From an uncultured Acidimicrobiaceae bacterium (lineage in GTDB: Bacteria > Actinomycetota > Acidimicrobiia > Acidimicrobiales > VFJN01), in NCBI GenBank assembly GCA_964448525.1, contig CAYUXB010000004.1:1-42475 (forward strand): 42,475 nucleotides of DNA. The letters run 5' to 3'. Positions within the stretch are counted from its first letter, which is position 1, and every line of letters starts with the position of its first letter. The position numbers were made by a program, and so were the translations under genes. The notes under the pieces were generated by a model. The model made no database searches, had not been told where the DNA came from, and saw nothing but the letters and a program-made list of their open reading frames with translations. Positions 8,212 through 16,328 of the stretch are shown here, one piece after another.

Positions 8212-9753
8212 TCATGCGGCGCGATCACCCGGATCGCCGGCCGTCGACCCGGGACACGTCCGCAGCGGCGTGCCCTCGGCGCCGCAGAACCACAGGGCCG
8301 GCGGCTCGGGGCCGGGCTCCTCGGCTGCGGGTCGCTCCGGGTTCCGGATGCCGAAGAACGCGACGACACCGCCGGCCACAGCCAGCGCCGAGGTGATGAA
8401 CATCGCCCTGCGGAAACCGTCGGAGAACGCTGCAGGGTCCGTGAACCCGGCGCCGGTCATGCCCGCCGCCAGCGGCAACGCCGCCACGGCGGCGAGCTGT
8501 GCCGCCCGGGCAACCGTCGTGTTGACGCCGGAGGCGGTGCCGGCGTAGCGGTCCGCGACCGCGGACAGGGCGGTCGACGTCAGCGGCGCCACGACGGTCG
8601 CAAGACCGAGGCCCATGAGCAGCACCGCCGGCAGGACGTCCGCCACGTACGTCGACCCGGCGTCGATGCGGGTCATCAGCAGCGTGCCGGCGGCCACGAG
8701 CAACGGGCCGACCGTCATCTGCAGCCGGGGCCCGATGCGGGCGGCGAGCGCACCCGAGCGGGCCGACAGGACGAGCATCAGGATCGTGATCGGGAACGAC
8801 GCCGCCCCGGCCTCCACCGCCGAGTAACCGAGCACGTTCTGCAGGTGGATCACGAGCAGGAAGAAGACCCCGCCGAGCGCGCCGTAGACGGCGGCGGTGA
8901 CCAGGTTCGCCGCCCGGAACTGCGCCGAGGCGAACAGGGCCGGCGGCACCATCGGACGAGGGCTGCGGCGCTGGACGACCACGAAGGCCGCGAGGCCGAC
9001 CGCGCCGCCGGCGAGCGACGCCCACACGCCGAACGAGCCTCCGCTCCCCCCGGCGGAGATCAGCCCCCAGCTGAGGCCCCCGAGCGCGAGGGCGATGAGG
9101 AGCGCGCCGGGCCAGTCGACGCGTGTCGGTGCGTCGGGGTCGGACGACTCGGGCACGTGACGAGCCGCCACGGCCACGACGAACACCGACAGCGGCAGGT
9201 TGATGAGGAAGATCCACCGCCAGGAGGCTGCGTCGACCAGCCAGCCGCCGACGAACGGCCCGATCGCGGACGCCACCCCGCTGAGCCCTGACCAGGCCCC
9301 GATGGCGCGGGCGCGATCGTCCTTCCGGAAGCTGGCCTCGAGGATGGCCAGGCTCCCCGGGGTGAGCAGCGCCCCGCCGACCCCCTGCACGACGCGAGCG
9401 GCGACGAGCATCGGGCCGTTGGCGGCGACGGCGCACAGAAGCGACCCCAACGCGAAGATCACGACGCCGATCTGGAAGATGCGCTTGCGGCCGAAGCGGT
9501 CGCCCAGCGATCCGCCGAGCAGGATCAGCGCGGACACGGCCACCAGGTAGCCGTTGAGCACCCACTGCAGCCCGCCGACGCCGGTGTCGAGGTCCTCGCC
9601 GATGTGGGGGAGCGCGACGTTGACGACGGTCGAGTCCAGGAACGCGATGCCCGAGCCGAGCACCGTGGCGGTGACCACCCAGCGTCCCTGCGGGGAGGAG
9701 AACGCGAGACCCTCCCCCGGCGACGAGGGTGACGCGAGCGGGGGCGACGCCAT
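8212..9753 (-). CDS. MFS transporter, DHA2 (EmrB/QacA-like, 14-TMS) family
   Basis: 513 aa with LDSTVVNVALPHI, LGDRFGRKRIF and multiple TM segments throughout. Confidence 0.9.
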   Translation of the reverse strand: MASPPLASPSSPGEGLAFSSPQGRWVVTATVLGSGIAFLDSTVVNVALPHIGEDLDTGVGGLQWVLNGYLVAVSALILLGGSLGDRFGRKRIFQIGVVIFALGSLLCAVAANGPMLVAARVVQGVGGALLTPGSLAILEASFRKDDRARAIGAWSGLSGVASAIGPFVGGWLVDAASWRWIFLINLPLSVFVVAVAARHVPESSDPDAPTRVDWPGALLIALALGGLSWGLISAGGSGGSFGVWASLAGGAVGLAAFVVVQRRSPRPMVPPALFASAQFRAANLVTAAVYGALGGVFFLLVIHLQNVLGYSAVEAGAASFPITILMLVLSARSGALAARIGPRLQMTVGPLLVAAGTLLMTRIDAGSTYVADVLPAVLLMGLGLATVVAPLTSTALSAVADRYAGTASGVNTTVARAAQLAAVAALPLAAGMTGAGFTDPAAFSDGFRRAMFITSALAVAGGVVAFFGIRNPERPAAEEPGPEPPALWFCGAEGTPLRTCPGSTAGDPGDRAA

Positions 9754-9779
9754 CAGGACCGGAGCCGCCGCAGCGGGTG

Positions 9780-10394
9780 CTACCCGGCTTCACCCGAGGC
9801 CAGGCGGTCGAGCACGCGGCGGCCCAGCGCCGTCGCCCACAGCTTGGCCGGTGAGCCGTCGGGAGCATCGATCAGCACGTAGAAGGCCCGGCCTTCGCCC
9901 CGCACGTAGAGGAGGCCACGGCCGTAGACGGCGGCATCACCGAGGCCGGGCACGGGCTCGGGGTCGTCGATGAGGTCGATCATCCACTCGTACCAGCTGA
10001 CCGGGTCGAACTGGGTCTCCTCGTCGACCGCGTGGCCCGCGTGGATCCCGAAGGACCACGCACGGTGGTGCCCATCCTCGGCGTCGAAGCGCACGCCCAG
10101 GTCGTCGTCGGCATAGGTGAGCGACGGCCCGCCGACCGGGATGCCGGTGAGGGCCACCACCTCGTCGTGGGTGATGAGCGAGTAGGGGTCGGGGGCACCG
10201 AGCGCCATCGCCCGTTTGGCGACGTCGAGGTCGTGCGGGTGGGGGTCGACGGCGTGCACACCGTGGATCGCGTCCGCGTCGCTGATCACGCCGTGCTCGG
10301 TCAGCTTGGCGCGAGCAGCCTCGGCGGCCTCTTTGAACCGGTCGGTGAACCCCACGTGGGGGCATGCTACGACCTGGCCGGCCCCGGCGCGCAC
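9780..10394 (-). CDS. hypothetical protein (start either GTG 10394 or GTG 10355)
   Basis: 204-aa ORF with normal composition (FKEAAEAARAKLTEHGVISD...WYEWMIDLIDDPEPVPG...). It sits 26 nt upstream of the MFS start on the same strand. I recognise no family. Confidence 0.6.
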   Translation of the reverse strand: MRAGAGQVVACPHVGFTDRFKEAAEAARAKLTEHGVISDADAIHGVHAVDPHPHDLDVAKRAMALGAPDPYSLITHDEVVALTGIPVGGPSLTYADDDLGVRFDAEDGHHRAWSFGIHAGHAVDEETQFDPVSWYEWMIDLIDDPEPVPGLGDAAVYGRGLLYVRGEGRAFYVLIDAPDGSPAKLWATALGRRVLDRLASGEAG

Positions 10395-10426
10395 GTCATC
10401 CGGCGGCCCAGCACCGCTCTCGGATG

Positions 10427-11230
10427 TCAGATCATGATGGCGAGGTTGTCGACCACCGCCTCGCCGAGCGCGCGGTCGCCCTCCACCGTGACATCAGCGT
10501 TCGCTACACGACCACCCACCAGGCGCGTCAGGTGGTCACCCGCCAGCGTCAGCGTCACCGTCGGGGTGCCGTCGAGGTCGTCGACCACCCGCGCCCGGTC
10601 GGTGACCTCGACATCGATCCGGCGGGACAGGGGCCCGGTCAGCTCGAAGCGCACCGACCGGCCGGCCGGGACGCCGGCCCGCTTGCCGACCGCGTAACCG
10701 ATGATGTGGACGATCTCGTCGAGCGCCGTGGTGGGCGCGGGCCCGGTGAGGTGCCCGGGCCGGCCGACCGCGTGGCGGATGTCCTGATCGTGGACCCAGA
10801 TGTCCATGACGCGGATGCGGGTCATCCGTCCGAGGGTGTCCGGGCCGGCCGGGGTGAACGATTCCTCGTCGAAAGCCGCTTGGTCGATGTCGGCGAGAGC
10901 GGCACGACGTGCGGCGACGACCTCCGACAGGTCGGCCAGCACCTGGGCTGGCGGCCGTCCCCGGTAGTGCTCGACCCAGAGCTCGTTGAACCGGCCGATG
11001 TCGTTGCGCACGTGCGGCAGGTCGTCGGGTAGGGCCACCTCGGGCGTCGGCCGGCCGAGTGACATGGCCTCGGTGCCGATGACGTGGCCGACCACATCCT
11101 GTACCGACCAGCCGGGGCAGTCGGTGGGCAGAGCCCACTCGTCGGGGGCGAGGCTCTCCGCCAGGTCGACGAACCCGTCGAACGCGGCGTCGACGGCCGC
11201 GACGGTGGCGTCTCGGTCGAGGATCGTCAT
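10427..11230 (-). CDS. mycothiol-dependent maleylpyruvate-isomerase-like (DinB/TIGR03083) protein with SCP2-like C-terminus
   Basis: ATG at 11230 (MTILDRD...). Contains LAPDEWALPTDCPGWSVQDVVGHVIG, typical of the MDMPI N-terminal domain. The upstream part of track ORF 10427..11806 is Arg/Pro junk overlapping the next gene. Confidence 0.8.
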   Translation of the reverse strand: MTILDRDATVAAVDAAFDGFVDLAESLAPDEWALPTDCPGWSVQDVVGHVIGTEAMSLGRPTPEVALPDDLPHVRNDIGRFNELWVEHYRGRPPAQVLADLSEVVAARRAALADIDQAAFDEESFTPAGPDTLGRMTRIRVMDIWVHDQDIRHAVGRPGHLTGPAPTTALDEIVHIIGYAVGKRAGVPAGRSVRFELTGPLSRRIDVEVTDRARVVDDLDGTPTVTLTLAGDHLTRLVGGRVANADVTVEGDRALGEAVVDNLAIMI

Positions 11231-11231
11231 C

Positions 11232-11948
11232 TCACTGCACCTCTCGTTGGATCGTCGGCCAGTCGCGGGCGGCCAGGTAGGGGGCGAAGGTCTCGCCGAT
11301 GCGGGTCCAGTCCTCCGCGGTCTTGGGCCGGCGAACCTCGTACAGGTCGGGGAACTCGAGCCACCCGACGACGAGATCCCACAGCCGGCGCGCGGCGGCC
11401 GGGTCGGCCGGTACCTCGCGCAGGACAGGCCCGAAGATCGCCCGCTCCCCGGGGAACACGAGGGTCGGCACGCCGAATCCGCCGAGGTCGGTGACCCGCC
11501 GATGGTCGGCGAGGACGTCGTCATGTGTCGTCGGATCCGCGATCGCCGCGTCGACCGCCGCGGGATCGAGGCCCGTCTCGGCGAGCACCTCGCGGGCGAC
11601 CTCCGGGGTGTGCACCTTGCGGCCGGCGACGTGGAGCGCCTGGCCCGCAGCAGCGCACCAGCGGTCGGCGGCCGCGGCCGAACCCCGGGCGAGGAAGGCG
11701 CCGATGCGCAGCAGGGACCAACCCCACGCCCAGGGACGCTCCCACGGATGGGGCTTGCCCTCGGCGCGGTTGACCTCCTCGAGGCTGAACCAGCGCCAGC
11801 GGACATCGAGGCCGTGGTCGTCGCGCAGCCGGCGCAGCCACACGGTCGTCTGGAACGCCCACGGACACATCAGGTCGATGTGCACGTCGACCGTGCCCAG
11901 GTCCTTCGCGTCGGCTCTGCGGCTCGCGCCGTCGCCCCCCGTCGTCAC
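11232..11948 (-). CDS. DsbA/FrnE-like thioredoxin-fold protein, monothiol CPWA variant
   Basis: VDVHIDLMCPWAFQTTVWLRRL near the N-terminus and GFGVPTLVF near the C-terminus. The stop is 1 nt from the MDMPI ATG (TGAgATG). The start is GTG 11948 (alternative GTG 11885). Confidence 0.75.
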   Translation of the reverse strand: MTTGGDGASRRADAKDLGTVDVHIDLMCPWAFQTTVWLRRLRDDHGLDVRWRWFSLEEVNRAEGKPHPWERPWAWGWSLLRIGAFLARGSAAAADRWCAAAGQALHVAGRKVHTPEVAREVLAETGLDPAAVDAAIADPTTHDDVLADHRRVTDLGGFGVPTLVFPGERAIFGPVLREVPADPAAARRLWDLVVGWLEFPDLYEVRRPKTAEDWTRIGETFAPYLAARDWPTIQREVQ

Positions 11949-11955
11949 CAGGCGC

Positions 11956-11984
11956 ACCGTAGGACGACTTGACCCGCGGGTCAA
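11956..11984 (-). promoter_or_regulatory. Candidate promoter for a leaderless transcript: -35 TTGACC, 17-nt spacer, -10 TACGGT. The -35 lies inside a perfect 16-bp palindrome.
   Basis: The minus strand reads TTGACC-CGCGGGTCAAGTCGTCC-TACGGT-GCGCCTG-GTG(start 11948). TTGACCCGCGGGTCAA (11969-11984) is a perfect palindrome. Confidence 0.4.
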
Positions 11985-12115
11985 TCGTCGTGGTCGCCGG
12001 ATCCGGTCACCAGGATCCAGCCGGATCCAGCCGGTCCAGCGGGATCCGCCGGGTCGACGGCCAACCGGCGCTGGCGCCAGCGACGGGCGCGGCCCGAACA
12101 CCGGGGCCAAGCGGG

Positions 12116-12844
12116 TCAGCCCGGGGCGACGCCGAGCAGGCGATCGACGAAGTCGGCCAACGACGCCACGTGGACGTGGTCGTCCGGGCACAGGTCGAGG
12201 GGATCGACGTGGACGGCCAGCATCCCCGCCGCGGCCGCGCCGTCGGCGTCGTAGCCGCCCGCGTCGCCGATGTGGCAGACCCGATCGGGCGAGAGGCCGA
12301 GCCCCGTCGCCGTGGCGAGGAACATGGTGGCGTCCGGCTTGTGCACGCCGATCGCCCCCGAGTCCGAGATGTGCTCGACCGAGACGCCCGGACCTTCGCC
12401 GATCTGGAGCAGCTCGTAGCGCCGCAGCAGGTCGGCCACCGTGCCGTCGGCGTTGCTCGTCACCGCGAGCCGGATCCCCGCCTCCGCCACGCGCGCCACT
12501 GCGGCGCGGGCACCCGGCAGGGGCTGATGCCACACGGGCGGGACGATCACGCCGGCCAGCACCGCCGCGGCCCGCTCCAACTCACCATCGCCCACGCCGA
12601 CGGCCTGCAGGAACGCGTGCGTGTAGTCGGTGAAGGTCTCGGGGGCAGCCCGCGACCGGTCGACGGCTGCCATCGCCCGGTAGTGGCCGCCGAGGAACGC
12701 CGCGCGATCGTGGGCGATGCCGGCTGCGGCGAGCGCGTGGCCGATCAGCCCGTGGTCCGGGACCACGAGCACGCCGCCGACGTCGAGGCTGACGGCGTCG
12801 ATGTCACCCCGGTCGAAGGGGAGCGGAGCGCGGGCGTCGGGCAT
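12116..12844 (-). CDS. HAD-superfamily hydrolase
   Basis: 242 aa. Motif I is SLDVGGVLV (DxG variant), followed by TSNADG, VHKPD and GDAGGYDADGA. Confidence 0.8.
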   Translation of the reverse strand: MPDARAPLPFDRGDIDAVSLDVGGVLVVPDHGLIGHALAAAGIAHDRAAFLGGHYRAMAAVDRSRAAPETFTDYTHAFLQAVGVGDGELERAAAVLAGVIVPPVWHQPLPGARAAVARVAEAGIRLAVTSNADGTVADLLRRYELLQIGEGPGVSVEHISDSGAIGVHKPDATMFLATATGLGLSPDRVCHIGDAGGYDADGAAAAGMLAVHVDPLDLCPDDHVHVASLADFVDRLLGVAPG

Positions 12845-12954
12845 GCCTCACCTTCCCGACCGCGCTCGACGGTGGGCAAGTCGGGGGCTCGTCGTGGCTC
12901 AGTGACGAGGCACCCGACAGCAGGGCGACCGGCTGCGGTGCCGCCCCCTCCGAC

Positions 12955-13341
12955 TCAGTCGCCTCTGGCGGCCAACCGCGGGACGTCGTACGCCTCGATC
13001 CGCCGGTCGGAGGTCACGAGCGTGGCGCCCTCGACCAGTGCCTGCGCGACGAGGAGGCGGTCGAACGGGTCCCCGTGATGCAGGGGGAGCGTGCCGACCC
13101 GCTCGGCGTGGTCGAACCCCACCGGCAGCCGCTCGAACCCGGCGTCGTCGATGCGTTCGGCCAACCCGTCCGGCACGCGCAGCTTGCCCACGGCCCGCTT
13201 GATGGCGATCTCCCAGACCGATACCGCGCTGACGAACACGACGCTCGTCGGGTCCCCCATCGCCACGCGGGCCGACCTACCCAAGCGAGGATCGTCTGCG
13301 AGCCACCACAACAGGGCGTGGGTGTCGAGGAGCGCGATCAC
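12955..13341 (-). CDS. vapC: PIN-domain toxin (VapC family)
   Basis: 128 aa with LLDTHALLW, SAVSVWEIAIK, GDPFDRLLVAQA and LVTSD. Confidence 0.9.
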   Translation of the reverse strand: MIALLDTHALLWWLADDPRLGRSARVAMGDPTSVVFVSAVSVWEIAIKRAVGKLRVPDGLAERIDDAGFERLPVGFDHAERVGTLPLHHGDPFDRLLVAQALVEGATLVTSDRRIEAYDVPRLAARGD

Positions 13342-13607
13342 GCGTCGTCGTCGACGATGCCGGCCTCGACATCGGTGTAGAACGCAGCCAGGACGTCGTC
13401 GGGCAGAGGGTCGTCGAAGTCGTCGGCGATCCAGACCTTGCCCTTCCAGGCGCCGGGCACGCGGGGTTCGGTGGCCGGCTCGTAGGGCACCAGACGGACC
13501 ATGGGCGCACCAGCCTTGGCGATGACGATGTCCTCCCCATCGGCTGCGCGCTGAACCAGGCGCGACAGGTGGGTCTTGGCCTCGTGGATGTTGACGAGGG
13601 TCGACAT
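13338..13607 (-). CDS. Phd/YefM-family antitoxin
   Basis: 89 aa with VNIHEAKTHLSRLVQRAADGEDIVIAKAG.PMVRLVP. It overlaps the toxin start by 4 nt. Confidence 0.9.
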   Translation of the reverse strand: MSTLVNIHEAKTHLSRLVQRAADGEDIVIAKAGAPMVRLVPYEPATEPRVPGAWKGKVWIADDFDDPLPDDVLAAFYTDVEAGIVDDDA

Positions 13608-13609
13608 GG

Positions 13610-13629
13610 ACTTAGTCTAGGCAGACCAA
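13610..13629. promoter_or_regulatory. Inverted repeat CTTAGTCT-aggc-AGACCAAG, 3 nt upstream of the antitoxin start (possible TA operator)
   Basis: 8-bp arms with one mismatch, in a locally AT-richer patch between the divergent phd and MBL genes. Confidence 0.3.
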
Positions 13630-13682
13630 GCTGTCGACCGTCGCTCGGCCGCCCTCGCCCGCCCGCCGGTAGCCTCGGCGCC

Positions 13683-14423
13683 GTGAGCACCGTGGACGCC
13701 AACGACCGGTCCGACCGCTTCTACTTCCGCCAGCTGCTGGCCGGGCGCGACATCGCCCGCACCGACCCGTTGGCCCGGCAGATGGTCAACTTCGTCTACC
13801 TGGTCGGCGACCGGGCGTCGGGCGAGGCCGTCGTGATCGACCCCGCCTACGACATCCGGGGCATCCTCGACGTGGCCGCCGCCGACGGCATGAAGGTGAC
13901 CGGAGCGCTCGCCACCCACTACCACCCAGACCACGTGGGCGGCGACATGATGGGCCACCAGATCAGCGGGGTGCGCGAGCTGCTGACGCTCAACCCGGTA
14001 CCGGTGCACATCCAGCGGGACGAGGCGCCGTGGGTGCAGCGGGTGACGGGCGCGGGTGACGCCGACCTGGTGCTCCACGACAGCGGCGACGTCGTGCAGG
14101 CGGGCGACGTGAGCATCGAGCTCATCCACACGCCCGGGCACACGCCGGGCAGCCAGTGCTTCTTCGTCGACGGCCGCTACCTCGTGTCCGGCGACACCCT
14201 CTTCCTGGAGGGGTGCGGCCGCACCGACCTTCCGGGCGGCGACCCGGCCGCGCTGTACGAGAGCCTCACGCAGAAGCTGGCCAAGGTGCCGGACGACTCG
14301 GTGCTCTTCCCGGGCCACCTCTACTCGGCCGAGCCCTCGGCCTCGATGGGCGACACCCGCAAGTGGAACTTCGTCTTCACGCCGAAGTCCGAGCGCGAGT
14401 GGCTCGCCATGTTCGGCCGCTGA
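13683..14423 (+). CDS. MBL-fold metallo-hydrolase (glyoxalase II-like)
   Basis: GTG 13683. Contains THYHPDHVGG (HxHxDH), HTPGHTPGS and GDTLF..GCGRTD. Confidence 0.85.
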   Translation: MSTVDANDRSDRFYFRQLLAGRDIARTDPLARQMVNFVYLVGDRASGEAVVIDPAYDIRGILDVAAADGMKVTGALATHYHPDHVGGDMMGHQISGVRELLTLNPVPVHIQRDEAPWVQRVTGAGDADLVLHDSGDVVQAGDVSIELIHTPGHTPGSQCFFVDGRYLVSGDTLFLEGCGRTDLPGGDPAALYESLTQKLAKVPDDSVLFPGHLYSAEPSASMGDTRKWNFVFTPKSEREWLAMFGR

Positions 14424-14459
14424 CCTCCGGAGAGCGGAGCGGCGTCGGAGAACCTGCGC

Positions 14460-15035
14460 CTACCGGCGCGCGAGCACCGTCCGACCGCGGGGTGAGAGCC
14501 GGTAGCCGACGGGCAGGCTCTCGGTGAGGCCCATCTCCTTCAGCTTGCGCACGTCGGTCTTGAACGGCTGGGTCTCGCGCCCGAGCGACGCAGCCAGGTC
14601 GGGGGCCCGCACGGCAGGGCGTTCGTCGATGAGCCGGAGGACGGCGGTGGTCCACGGTCCGTGGCTGCTCGCACGGTCGAGTCGGTCGAGCCGGGCGGCG
14701 ACCGCCTGCCACTCGTCGTCGGACAGATGCGCTCGCTCCCGCAGGGCGATGCGGGGATCGGGCCCGGCGAGGTGCAGCTCGACGCGGTAGAGCGTGCCGT
14801 CGGGGTGCCTGGCGAGCTCGGCCAGCAGCTCGGCTCGGTCGGCGTAGCCGGCCCGGCGCGCGTCACCCTCGGTGAGGTCGTCGAGGTCGACGACCTCGAC
14901 GGCGTCGATGGCCAACTCGCCGACGGGCGTGCGCTGGCGGCCTCCGGCCTTGGCCGCGGGTCGCCGCCACCGGCGGAAGGCGAGCGTGACCGATCCGTCG
15001 GCCAGCCCCGGGTGGAACCGCTGCGGGAACAGCAC
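14460..15035 (-). CDS. ASCH (PUA-like) domain protein with C-terminal winged-helix
   Basis: I chose GTG 15035 (VLFPQRFHPGLADGSVTLAFRRWRRP...LTEGDARRAGYADRAELLAEL...). The C-terminus reads KTDVRKLKEMGLTESLPVGYRLSPRG. The ORF portion upstream to 15293 has poor third-position GC and covers the repeats and palindromes. Confidence 0.6.
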   Translation of the reverse strand: MLFPQRFHPGLADGSVTLAFRRWRRPAAKAGGRQRTPVGELAIDAVEVVDLDDLTEGDARRAGYADRAELLAELARHPDGTLYRVELHLAGPDPRIALRERAHLSDDEWQAVAARLDRLDRASSHGPWTTAVLRLIDERPAVRAPDLAASLGRETQPFKTDVRKLKEMGLTESLPVGYRLSPRGRTVLARR

Positions 15036-15065
15036 GGCGGCACGGTACCCGACTCCCGGATTCCC

Positions 15066-15160
15066 GGACGTCGTTCGCGCACCGATCTGGTCGCCCCGGA
15101 CCTCGTTCGCGCACCCGACCTGGCCGCCCCGGACCTCGTTCGCGCACCGATGTGGTTGCC
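15066..15160. repeat. Tandem repeat, ~33-bp unit x ~2.9
   Basis: ggacGtcgttcgcgcaccgatctggtcgcccc / ggacctcgttcgcgcacccgacctggccgcccc / ggacctcgttcgcgcaccgatgtggttgcc. Copies start at about 15066, 15098 and 15131. Confidence 0.85.
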
Positions 15161-15169
15161 ACGCAACCA
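15153..15169. promoter_or_regulatory. 17-bp palindrome TGGTTGC-cac-GCAACCA (operator candidate, copy 1)
   Basis: Perfect 7-bp arms. A second copy lies 113 bp away in the same divergent intergenic region. Confidence 0.45.
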
Positions 15170-15184
15170 CTCCTGAACACAGAA

Positions 15185-15243
15185 CCGTCGCCGGAGGTTC
15201 GGCCGTTCCGCCGTCGCCGACGGCCGGAGGTTCGGCCGTTCCG
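15185..15243. repeat. Tandem repeat, 33-bp period x ~1.8
   Basis: The core gccggaggttcggccgttccg occurs at 15190-15210 and 15223-15243. Confidence 0.85.
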
Positions 15244-15265
15244 AGCGCGGCTCTGCGCGCCGGAC

Positions 15266-15282
15266 TGGTTGCTGGGCAACCA
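15266..15282. promoter_or_regulatory. 17-bp palindrome TGGTTGC-tgg-GCAACCA (operator candidate, copy 2)
   Basis: Same 7-bp arms as 15153-15169. It lies 62 nt upstream of the TetR start. Confidence 0.45.
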
Positions 15283-15343
15283 CAACGGTTCACGGAGCAC
15301 GGCCCTCGCCAATCAAACGATTGATCGGCTACCGTCTCGCGCC

Positions 15344-16219
15344 GTGCAGGAAGGGGTTTCCAGCGTCACCAGCGAACGCACCCGGCCCGGGCAGGCGAGC
15401 GGCGCAGCCGAGCATGCGCCGCAGGGTCGGGCCCAACGGGCGCGCATCCTGGCGGCGGCCACCGAGCTGATCGCCGCCCACGGCGTGCGGGGCATGACCA
15501 TGCGTCAGCTCGCGGCCGCCTGCGACCTCAACATCGCCACGCTGTACCACTACTTCTCGTCGAAGTCCGACCTCGTCGGGGCCATCGTCGACGAGCGGCA
15601 GTACGACTCCGGCCTGCGTGAGCTCAGCCTGCCGGTCGATCCGGCGCTGCCCGCACGGGCGCGCCTCGAGGCCTTCTTCGTCCACCTCGCCACGCAGTCG
15701 CTGGGCGAGCTGCGCCTGTGGCGGTTGCTCGTCGGCGAGAGCCTGCGCGACGACGCCGTGGCGCTGGCCGAGGCCCGCCGCCTGTCGGTCGTGCTGGAGC
15801 AGGCGGTCGACCGATGGCTCGGCGAGCTGTTCCCCGAGCTGGACGACGGTTCGCCGGGCCACCCGGGCAACGCCGGCAACCTGGGCAACCCCGACGACCC
15901 CCGCAACGCCGGCAACCCCCGCAGTCTCGGCAACATCCACAGCGCCGGCGCCTCCGGTGATGCCGGCAGGCCTGGCAGCGGTGACGCCTCCGGTCGTGCC
16001 TGCAGACCTGGCAGCGGTGACACCCTCGGTGGTGCCGGCAGCACCGACAGCACCGGTGACACCGCCGCGTCCGCCAGGGGTGCGGTCACCACGGTCGTCA
16101 GCGGGCAGCTCCTGGCCGTGTTCCTGCAGGAGATGCTGCTCGGCGAGGACGACCGCGACGGCCGCATCGCACGCAGCGCCGCGGCCACCGCCGCCGTGGT
16201 CTTCCCCGCTCCTCCGTAG
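15344..16219 (+). CDS. TetR-family transcriptional regulator with a long low-complexity insertion
   Basis: The HTH is RILAAATELIAAHGVRGMTMRQLAAACDLNIATLYHYFSSKSDL. The GTG 15344 start is uncertain (the ORF is open from 15152). An AT-rich ATCAA-acga-TTGAT lies at 15312-15325, just upstream. Confidence 0.85.
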   Translation: MQEGVSSVTSERTRPGQASGAAEHAPQGRAQRARILAAATELIAAHGVRGMTMRQLAAACDLNIATLYHYFSSKSDLVGAIVDERQYDSGLRELSLPVDPALPARARLEAFFVHLATQSLGELRLWRLLVGESLRDDAVALAEARRLSVVLEQAVDRWLGELFPELDDGSPGHPGNAGNLGNPDDPRNAGNPRSLGNIHSAGASGDAGRPGSGDASGRACRPGSGDTLGGAGSTDSTGDTAASARGAVTTVVSGQLLAVFLQEMLLGEDDRDGRIARSAAATAAVVFPAPP

Positions 16220-16328
16220 GACCCGCACACCCGCTGCGGGACCCCCGGCGCACCCACCACCGGCCACACCGCCACCCCGATCCACCGCCGTCACGACAGC
16301 CATCCACCGATCACCTGGGAGACAGGAC

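Noticed and set aside
11985-12060. ccggatccag-type short reiterations (ccggatccag ccggatccag ccggtccag cgggatccg)
   Set aside because: This is a very short, degenerate low-complexity stretch between genes. It does not support a specific element.
15066-15243. Tandem repeats considered as a possible CRISPR array (also 30061..30175)
   Set aside because: The units are contiguous with no unique spacers, there are only 2-3.5 copies, and no cas genes are present. They are minisatellite-type tandem repeats.
15036-15293. N-terminal extension of the ASCH gene to ATG 15293, and upstream extension of the TetR gene to GTG 15152
   Set aside because: The first ~47 codons from 15293 have many A/T third positions, unlike real genes here. 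Both extensions run across palindromes and tandem repeats. I kept this as an open question under the finding at 15036-15343.
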